Shown here piece after piece: positions 47,900-55,900 of a stretch of 60,899 nucleotides of DNA. The DNA is from a virus. Lineage: Duplodnaviria; Caudoviricetes. The stretch's first letter is position 1. Each line of letters begins with the position of its first letter. Where the stretch lies: positions 1 through 60,899 of the IMG/VR virus record IMGVR_UViG_3300009164_002363; one strand, 5' to 3'. The notes beneath the pieces are model-generated. The model was given only the letters and a program-made list of their open reading frames with translations, had not been told where the DNA came from and ran no database searches. The position numbers were made by a program, and so were the translations under genes.

Positions 47900-49674
47900 T
47901 CAAAATTAAGGATTTAACCGTAAAAAACTTTATGAGTGTGGGTAATCAAACCCAAGCTGTAAATTTTGGACGTGAACAATTAACTCTTGTGCTAGGAGAA
48001 AACTTAGATCAAGGTGGAGATGACAGCGGATCACGCAATGGTACAGGTAAAACTACTATTGTTAATGCATTAAGTTTTGCATTATTTGGTACTGCACTGA
48101 CTAACATCAAGAAAGATAACTTAATCAATAAGATTAATAACAAGAACATGTTAGTTACTTTATCGTTTGAGAAAGACGGTAATAAGTATAAGATTGAACG
48201 TGGTCGTAAACCTACGATTATGAAGTTCTATGTTAATAGTCAAGAGCAAAGTGCAGAGTCTAATGACGACAGTCAGGGCGATATGCGAGAAACGCAGAAA
48301 GATATTGACGAGTTGTTAGGTATGAGCCACGATATGTTCAAGCATATTGTTGCTCTTAATACCTATACAGAACCGTTTCTCAGCTTAAAAGCTAATGAAC
48401 AACGTGAAATTATTGAACAGTTGTTAGGTATTACATTATTAAGTGAAAAAGCTGACTTGCTGAAAGAGCAAATTAGAATTACTAAAGAATCAATCTTTCA
48501 AGAAACTGCTGATATAGAAGCTTCTAAAAAATCTAACGATAAAATACAAGTAAGTATAACTGGTTTAGAAACTAGACAATCAGCTTGGTATGCGCAACAA
48601 AAAACAGATTTCGAAAAAATTGCAAATAGTATTACAGAGCTGCAAAACGTTGATATTGAGCGTGAATTAGAACAACATGCCAAGCTAAAACAATATAATG
48701 AACATGCAGCTAAGATTAAAAGTCTCAATAAAGAGAAAGCAACCTTAGAAACAGCAGTCATACAAGCTGATAAGAGCGTTACTAAGTATACTAAAGAGTT
48801 AGAACAGTTAAAAAATAAGACATGTCCTGCTTGCGAACAGGGATTACATAGTCACAAGCATGAAGAAATGACTTCTAGTGCCGAGAAAAATCTAGCAGAT
48901 GCTATGCTGTATTTGCAAGGTGTTAGTGATAGCTATACTAGCGTATTACAAGAATTAGAAACTATTGGTGACATCAATGGCAGGCCTAACACTTACTATG
49001 ACACTGTAGAAGAAGCATTAAAGCATCAAAACAATCTTACTAGTTTAGAATCTGCTCTAGTAAAAAGAACAGATGAAGTTGACCCGTATCAAGAACAAAT
49101 TGACGATTTAAGGCACACTGCTATCCAAGAAATATCATGGGATAACATTAATCTACTGAATAGTATGAAGGATCATCAAGAGTTTTTGCTCAAACTGCTG
49201 ACTAATAAAGATTCGTTTATTCGTAAGAAGATCATTGATCAAAACCTTGCCTATTTGAATAACAGGCTTACCTACTATCTTGACAAGATGGGATTACCTC
49301 ACCAAGTAAGTTTCCTAAACGATTTAAACGTTGAGATTACTCAGTTAGGACAAGATCTAGACTTTGACAACTTGTCTCGTGGCGAGCGTAATCGTTTAAT
49401 CCTTGGATTGTCGTGGGCATTCCGTGATGTATGGGAAAGTCTGTATCAAAGCATTAATTTATTGTTTGTTGATGAACTTATTGACAACGGATTAGATGCG
49501 AACGGTGTAGAAAATGCTTTAGGCGTACTTAAGAAGATGGCACGTGAACGTAAGAAGAACATTTTCTTAATCTCACACAAAGACGAATTGATAGGTCGTG
49601 TTAATAATGTGCTTAAAGTTATTAAAGAAAACGGCTTTACCAGCTATGCAAACGATATTGAAATAGAAGAATGA
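47896..49674 (+). CDS. gp46: Rad50/SbcC-like ATPase
   Basis: NGTGKTT Walker A, CPAC zinc hook, LSRGE signature, LFVDE Walker B, ISHK. Confidence 0.93.
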   Translation: MIKIKDLTVKNFMSVGNQTQAVNFGREQLTLVLGENLDQGGDDSGSRNGTGKTTIVNALSFALFGTALTNIKKDNLINKINNKNMLVTLSFEKDGNKYKIERGRKPTIMKFYVNSQEQSAESNDDSQGDMRETQKDIDELLGMSHDMFKHIVALNTYTEPFLSLKANEQREIIEQLLGITLLSEKADLLKEQIRITKESIFQETADIEASKKSNDKIQVSITGLETRQSAWYAQQKTDFEKIANSITELQNVDIERELEQHAKLKQYNEHAAKIKSLNKEKATLETAVIQADKSVTKYTKELEQLKNKTCPACEQGLHSHKHEEMTSSAEKNLADAMLYLQGVSDSYTSVLQELETIGDINGRPNTYYDTVEEALKHQNNLTSLESALVKRTDEVDPYQEQIDDLRHTAIQEISWDNINLLNSMKDHQEFLLKLLTNKDSFIRKKIIDQNLAYLNNRLTYYLDKMGLPHQVSFLNDLNVEITQLGQDLDFDNLSRGERNRLILGLSWAFRDVWESLYQSINLLFVDELIDNGLDANGVENALGVLKKMARERKKNIFLISHKDELIGRVNNVLKVIKENGFTSYANDIEIEE

Positions 49675-49946
49675 ACTACGAAGAGTTGCACGATCAACTA
49701 ATGAAAGAATTCAGAGCCTACTTTGAAGACTATCAAAATTGGGCAACTACAGAGTCGCATGCCAGTGGTATGCGTACTCGCGCACACTTGTCAGAAATTA
49801 GACGATTTGCCAGCGCATTACGAGTAGAAATACTAGAAACACGTAGAACTAAACCAAAAATTAAATCTCCTGCATATAGGGCTGCAAAGCTCGCAGAACA
49901 ACAGGCTCAGAACCAACAGGCTCACGGGAATGATGATGCTAACTAA
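49671..49946 (+). CDS. small basic helical protein (possible nucleic-acid binding)
   Basis: 91 aa; ASGMRTRAHLSEIRRFASALRVEI helix and Lys/Arg-rich tail. Confidence 0.6.
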   Translation: MNYEELHDQLMKEFRAYFEDYQNWATTESHASGMRTRAHLSEIRRFASALRVEILETRRTKPKIKSPAYRAAKLAEQQAQNQQAHGNDDAN

Positions 49947-49949
49947 AGC

Positions 49950-50378
49950 ATGTCATGGACTTATCAGAATGAAATTATCGAAACACTCCCCGAAGAGTGC
50001 ATCGGATTTGTATATCTTATAACCAATGTCATCTCTGGCAGAAAATATATAGGCAAAAAACTTGCTAAATTCTCTAAGACTACAACTAAAACTGTAAAAT
50101 TAAAGAACGGTACCAAGAAAAAAAAGAAAATTCGCAGTAAGATCGATTCTGACTGGCGCGACTATTATGGTAGTAGCGTAGAATTAACTAAAGACATAGA
50201 CTCACTAGGCAAAGAAAATTTCACAAGAGAAATCTTATATTACTGCAACTCAAAAGCGCAATGCTCTTACATCGAGGCCAGAGAACAATTCTCCCGTAAA
50301 GTATTAGAATCAAACGAGTATTACAACGGACACATACAAGTTCGTGTACACGGCTCACACATTATATTAAAATCTTAG
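49950..50378 (+). CDS. stand-alone GIY-YIG endonuclease
   Basis: GFVYLITN..GRKYIGKK, DYYGSS, FTREIL, EAREQF, YYN; no C-terminal DNA-binding domain. Confidence 0.85.
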   Translation: MSWTYQNEIIETLPEECIGFVYLITNVISGRKYIGKKLAKFSKTTTKTVKLKNGTKKKKKIRSKIDSDWRDYYGSSVELTKDIDSLGKENFTREILYYCNSKAQCSYIEAREQFSRKVLESNEYYNGHIQVRVHGSHIILKS

Positions 50379-50830
50379 GCTCATCAAGCAGTAATAGCAA
50401 GCGCAAGCTAACATCGTGCGCCCGTATACCTGGATCTCGGATCGCAGGGAAGGAAACTCTAGCTGCTAAGAGTACTTAACCACCATCCTTAACAGGACGA
50501 GGATCGCAAAGCTGCCGCGGTTTGGTTATTTAAAGGAATTAAAGGCAAAAAGAGGGAGAAATACCCACGTTTGCATGTATGTTAGCGTATGCATGTAGGC
50601 CGCCGTCATATAAAGACACAGCTCGAGGTACCGGATGACCGCCTCTGTAATGCTGTAACGCTAGGTGATAAATGTGCAACTCAGATAATGTTGAATTTAT
50701 TTCTTTGCCCGCAAGGGCAAAGTGTGACTGAACAATCTAGATAATATTTAAACTGCTTCGCAGCAGTAATATTAAATACAAAAAGAAAATAGTTCGAGCG
50801 CAAGCGATGAACAGATGTACGCAGTACATC
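50379..50830 (+). ncRNA. candidate large structured non-coding RNA (family unassigned)
   Basis: Longest intergenic gap in the window; about 10 stem-loops including GCAA tetraloops and a G-U-rich helix; no credible ORF. Confidence 0.55.
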
Positions 50831-50849
50831 ATTAACTAAATACAATATC

Positions 50850-51806
50850 ATGAAAGTATACGACATTATCAGTGAGGCAACACCTCAATATACACCAGGA
50901 GCTCTGGCAAGAAGAAATGCTGCAAGAACACAGACACGTGTTGCACCATCTCAAACAGCGACTCCTACTGCTACACCTGCAAAAACTAGTGGCCCGTCTG
51001 ATCTTCGTAATCAAAGAACTGCTCAGGCTGCGGAACTACGTAGGCAGGGTGGACCTAAATCGTTTCGAAAAGCTGGTGATATAATAAAAAAACATCATGA
51101 GATATGGAAAACAGGTAACGGTGAGGCAGCAAAAGCAGTAGAAAAATCTTTCTACGCTAAACTTGGTACTAGTACTGTATGGTTTCTTAAAGCCTTAGGT
51201 TTTGTATCTGCAGCTGGTGAGTTATGGGTCGACCTCGGCGGCTTAGAAGAACTTTATAATAATAAAGAAATTACTAAAGAAGACTACGAAGCAGAGAGAG
51301 AGTTTGCATTTGGTGTATTTGAAGCGCAAATACTTGTACCAATGATAGCTAGAGCACTAGCAAATAGTCGAATAGTATTAATGATAATTCGCGGTATTAA
51401 AAACATAGTACTTGGTGCCGGCGCAATTGCAGGTGTTACAACTGGGGGAGTAGTATCAGCCGCATCAATTGCTGCTATGATTGCTACTGAAGCTGGCATC
51501 ACTGCATTACAGATGTGGATAGGTAGTGATCAAGGTAAAGATTATATTGCCAGCGGAATAGGCAAATGGTTAAGATACCCCGGTGCAGTTGGTGAAAGCA
51601 TTTGGAACTGGTTAATGAATGGATTTAAAATAAGTACATTCTATGCAGATGCAGAAAAGAAACAAGGCAAGTTTCAAAATCAGAAAGCTCTTAAAGCTGC
51701 CACAACACCTCAAGAAAAACAAGCGGCACAACAGGCAATTGCCGCTGCTGACGCAGACGCAGACGATGAAGCATCTCGAGCCCGTGGCAGAAAAGATTTA
51801 AAGTAA
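50850..51806 (+). CDS. hypothetical late protein, possibly internal head/ejection protein
   Basis: CTAAATA at 50836-50842; N-terminus MKVYDIISEA resembles T4 capsid-targeting leaders; hydrophobic Ala/Gly-rich segments. Confidence 0.6.
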   Translation: MKVYDIISEATPQYTPGALARRNAARTQTRVAPSQTATPTATPAKTSGPSDLRNQRTAQAAELRRQGGPKSFRKAGDIIKKHHEIWKTGNGEAAKAVEKSFYAKLGTSTVWFLKALGFVSAAGELWVDLGGLEELYNNKEITKEDYEAEREFAFGVFEAQILVPMIARALANSRIVLMIIRGIKNIVLGAGAIAGVTTGGVVSAASIAAMIATEAGITALQMWIGSDQGKDYIASGIGKWLRYPGAVGESIWNWLMNGFKISTFYADAEKKQGKFQNQKALKAATTPQEKQAAQQAIAAADADADDEASRARGRKDLK

Positions 51807-52031
51807 CGGCATACCACTTTTCTTAGTGGCTTCTATGTTTTCTTTGATAAGAGAGCTCATAATATTCCTATCTTCATAGGAATACAAATGAAATAAGTCT
51901 TGACTGGTCACTCCGCCACGCATGTACCAACTTATTTTAAATATCTCTTCCTTAACCTCAGCTGCCTGACGATCAAATGTCTTTAAAAAGTCTTCAAGGT
52001 CAGAGTGTTCGACATAGCCTAGGCGGTTACG
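51798..52031 (-). CDS. gp51-like / tail chaperone C-terminal extension, probably reached by -1 frameshift
   Basis: 77 open codons (RNRLGYVEHSDLEDFLK...SWYMRGG...YSYEDR...GMPLL) in the -1 frame of the upstream gene; first ATG only at 51923. Confidence 0.7.
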   Translation of the reverse strand, partial: RNRLGYVEHSDLEDFLKTFDRQAAEVKEEIFKISWYMRGGVTSQDLFHLYSYEDRNIMSSLIKENIEATKKSGMPLL

Positions 52032-52849
52032 AAAAAATTTGATTGGTCCAAATTAACAGTCACAGCATCTTCAGTACCACACGTAGCACATTTGATCTGA
52101 GATTTAGGCATAGTCCATTTTTCTTTATTTTCTTCTAGCTTTTTCTTAATAGCAGCATACAACTCTCTATCGCTATTTTTAACCCATTCAACAATAAATT
52201 CTTTTTCATTAACAATTCCGTCTGGAACTTGAACACTGTCAATGCTGTTGATAAACAGTTGAGTTTGTACATCTGCTAGATTTTTATACACTAGATCAAC
52301 TTGCACTTGTTGATCTTGCTCGTTTTCCATAGTGCTAACTTGTGCCAACATCTTTTGTAATTTAAAATTTTCTATGTTAATTTCTGTAAGTTCTTTATAA
52401 CTTAGTGGACGCAGAGTAACTATTAGTTCACCTACTTGAATTTTATTATCAAATGTTAAACTGCTGTAGTATTCTAAGAATGTTCGCAAGTCAATATCAA
52501 ATTCATTTTCTGTTCCGCAGTTATTACACGTATGTCTAATACCTAGCAATTCACCAAACGTAGCAATTCTAATAGCAGTAACAATACTATCTACGTCTAG
52601 AGTGGGCATCTTACTAGCGTCTTTGATAAACGGACAACAACTTTCAATAACTTTAACTGTTGCTTCACCAGTAAACAATGCGTCTGGAGTCTTGTACATG
52701 ATTTCATCCATGCCGTTCATACCAAAGATTGGTACATTGTTATAGTCACCGTGAAACGCACCTTCTTCATAGTGTAATCCTTTGCTGGGCAAAGAGATGT
52801 AGATTTTAGGCTGGCGATAGTACTTCTGTAGAGGGTTTAGTGGGTTCAT
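52019..52849 (-). CDS. gp26-like baseplate hub assembly / tail assembly chaperone
   Basis: RQPKIYISLPSKG, LDVDSIVTAIRIATFGE, two CxxC pairs (CNNC, CATC), C-terminal NFF; next to the tape measure gene. Confidence 0.75.
   Translation of the reverse strand: MNPLNPLQKYYRQPKIYISLPSKGLHYEEGAFHGDYNNVPIFGMNGMDEIMYKTPDALFTGEATVKVIESCCPFIKDASKMPTLDVDSIVTAIRIATFGELLGIRHTCNNCGTENEFDIDLRTFLEYYSSLTFDNKIQVGELIVTLRPLSYKELTEINIENFKLQKMLAQVSTMENEQDQQVQVDLVYKNLADVQTQLFINSIDSVQVPDGIVNEKEFIVEWVKNSDRELYAAIKKKLEENKEKWTMPKSQIKCATCGTEDAVTVNLDQSNFFVTA
52031..52040 (-). promoter_or_regulatory. -1 ribosomal frameshift slippery site (A AAU UUU UUC)
   Basis: Two overlapping in-frame X XXY YYZ heptamers three codons before the stop. 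Confidence 0.7.
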
Positions 52850-52859
52850 TTTTACTCCC

Positions 52860-52886
52860 GATAAATATAATGTATCCTTATTTATA
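52860..52886. promoter_or_regulatory. divergent overlapping late promoters
   Basis: GATAAATA on + (52860-52867) and a perfect TATAAATA on - (52886-52879). Confidence 0.7.
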
Positions 52887-52912
52887 TACGCAGTTTTCCG
52901 GGAAAAAATAAT

Positions 52913-55900
52913 ATGTCAATGTCTAAACAAGAACTAGTAGATGCCCTTAAAGAAGCAAGCCGAGCCGGCTATTTTGGAGGCATGGGCGGCGGTGGCGGTG
53001 GCTCTGGTGGCGGCGGTGGCTCTGGTGGCGGTGGAGGCAGTTCAGGCGCCGGACAGTTTGGTAAAGAATTAGGTGCTGCTGGAGATGCCGTTAAAGGATT
53101 AGGCAATGCAGCTCTAGGAGTTGGATCAAAAATTGCTGAGGGTGGTGCAAAATTAGGAGATGTAACTCAGGCATTGTCAGCTGGGTTTTCTGGACTAGGA
53201 GCAAGTGGGTCTGTTCTTGGAGCGTCTCTTGACAAAGGCGCCAAAGCCTTAAACTCACTTGGTCAAAATATTGATCAAAATATTGATACTTGGAGAAAAC
53301 TATCCGACACTGGTTTATCGTTTGGTAACGATATAATGGCTATGAAGGATCAAGCAAGTGCTGCTAGGATGAGCATTGCTGAGATGTCCGAAGTAATGCA
53401 GAAGAATAATTCTTCTATGTTAGGGTTTGGGGCAACTAGTGCTGAAGGCGCTAAAAAGTTCTCTAAAATGGCCGATACGTTTTTTACTAGCGGACTAGGT
53501 GAACAACTACGTGGTATGGGATATACTACAAAAGAACTTAATGATGTTCTAGCAGTTAGTATATCAGGATCAAAACTTAAAGACTTAAAAGACAAAGACG
53601 GACAAGACCGATCTCTTAAAGCCGCAGCAAGCCTAGCTACTGAAATGGATGCAGTAGCTAAGATAACAGGACAAAGTAAACAAGAACAACTTGATGAGTT
53701 AAGACGTAAAGCAACCGACGGACAACGTATGGCTGCTATTGATGAAGCTATAGCCAAAGGTGGCGTTGGCGCAAAAGAAGCGTTTGATGCAATCAGTGCT
53801 AATGGTAAGTTGATGGGTCCGCAGTTTCAGAAACTTGCAGAAGATATGGCTTCTATGGGACGCCCGTCAGAAGGTATGGAAGCAGCCTACGGACTACTAA
53901 GTTCTGATGCTAAGAAATTAATGAGTGAAGCAGGCGAAGCTGCTCGTAGCGGTGACAGAGAACGTGCTGCAATGCTGACAAAACAAGCGGCTGCTGAGCA
54001 AGCCGCTTTTCAAAACACTAGTCAATATCGAACAATGGCTGCTCAAGCAGGCATTAAAGAAACACAAGAAAGTTATGCACAAGGTGCTAAGTTTAGAAAT
54101 GCTCTTGCAGATGCAGGAGGCAATATTAAAAATGTAGAAGCTTCAATGAAAAAACTTGACGATCAAGTTAAATCAGAACAACAAGCTGGAGGCAAAGATG
54201 ATCCAAATGCAACTGCAGGTGCCGGCATTACTAGATTTGCAGTTGATCTTGAAAGCCGAGGACGTGACTTAACCAAAGTACTAAACGATCAAGTTATTCA
54301 ACCGTTAGCAAAAGATATTGCACCATCAATTGTTAAAATGAGTAAAGATCTAAAATTAGGTTCATCGACAGTTGTGCAAACTGAAATTGGTGACCCAATG
54401 AAAAAAGGATACGATAAATCTAGAATTGATCGTACTGTAAAAGAAGAAGCAGATAAATCAGGCGGTGCAATGTCTGATAAATCGCCATTGCATAAAGATC
54501 TAGTTGAATTTAATAAGTTAATTAACGGAAATCAAAAGCAATCTGACACAACTCTCAAAGTGCTTGAAAAGATGGCAGCTGATCAATCTAAGGCAACTGG
54601 TAAAACTGTAACTGCTGAAGATGTAGCTAAGAACGCTACTAACACACCCGGTGCAATGGCGGATATTGTTAAACAAATTAAAGCAGCATTGCCGGCAGAT
54701 GCACAGCTTGATAAAACAGAAGCTGAGAAAACAAAGAAAGATAAGATAACTCATGTATCTGGAGATAAAGCAAAACCGGCTGGCGAATCATTAGGAGCTA
54801 TGGTTGAATTTGCAGGAGGATTGTTTAGGGGAACTCCGGGCAAGGTTGAAATAGTTAACGGTGGTGCTGCTGCACCAGTACCTAAACGTGAAAGCGGTAG
54901 TTTAGATAAAGCCGGTAAAATGTTTGAAGATTGGGGTAAAGGTACTATGGTAGAATTACACGGTATGGAAAGTGTAATGCGACCACAAGACGTATCTAAA
55001 GTCATTGAATCTGCAATGGCCGGTGTAAGAAAAACTATGCCAAAAGTAGATATGGCAGGTGCTGGTGCCAAGTTAGAAATGCCCAAGTTAGAAATGCCCA
55101 AGTTAGAAATGCCCAAGTTAGAAATGCCCAAGTTAGAAATGCCCAAGTTAGAAATGCCTAAATTAGATACTGCTATGGGTAAAGATAAAGAGTTTGCAGC
55201 TCTAGCAGCTGAAATAAGCAAAATGGGCAAAGCAGATATGTCCAAGTTAGATTTGTCTAGTATGACTAAATCAATTAGCACTAGTATTAGTTCAGTAAGT
55301 GGCGGCGGATCTACTACCACTAAACAAGTTCAAAATGACAGCAGTAAGGCTGCTGAAAAAGAATTAGCTTCTGTTAGAGAACAGATGCAAGCTGAAAAGA
55401 TGGCTCTTAGAGAAAAGTTAAAAGCTCAAATAGGTGACGGCAGCAAACTAGGTGGCAATGCAGTTGCTAAAGAAATGCGAGTTGGAGAAGAAGGTAAAGG
55501 AATAGCTGAAAAGTATAAAGCTATAATGGAGCCTTTACAAAAACAAATTGATGCTGGAATTAGTTGGGAAACTACTAAGAAAGCAGCCGCCATTGAAGAA
55601 ACTACTAAGATGGTTAGTGAACAGGTATCTATTACTAAAACTAGTAACAGTACGCTTGCTGACATGTATAAAGATGACAGCAAATCTAAACTAGATCTTG
55701 CTAAGAAAACTAATGCTGATGCATTTAAAGAAGCAGAACTAGCAAAGAGTGTTATTGGTACTTCAGTAAAAGGTATGAGCGACAATATGATTGAATCTAT
55801 GATACCAAAAGGTGCAAAGATTGAAGATTATTACATCGACATGAATGACAAGATACAGAGTAATTCAGCTGACTTTGTTGCAAACATGGAGAAAAATGCC

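Noticed and set aside
50379-50849. Group I/II intron, tmRNA, RNase P, tRNA or CRISPR array in the large gap
   Set aside because: No interrupted host gene, no recognisable P7/domain V/P4/T-arm-CCA signature and no regularly spaced repeats seen by eye; a covariance-model search is still needed.
50681-51084. Short ORFs 50681-50866 (-), 50832-51014 (-) and 50872-51084 (+)
   Set aside because: No RBS, atypical composition, and they overlap hairpins or the real 50850 gene.
52985-53045. G-rich tract as a G-quadruplex or regulatory repeat
   Set aside because: Explained by a poly-Gly/Ser linker (GGC/GGT codons) in the tape measure N-terminus.
55068-55157. CRISPR-like or guide array
   Set aside because: Head-to-tail repeats with no spacers, in frame within a CDS.
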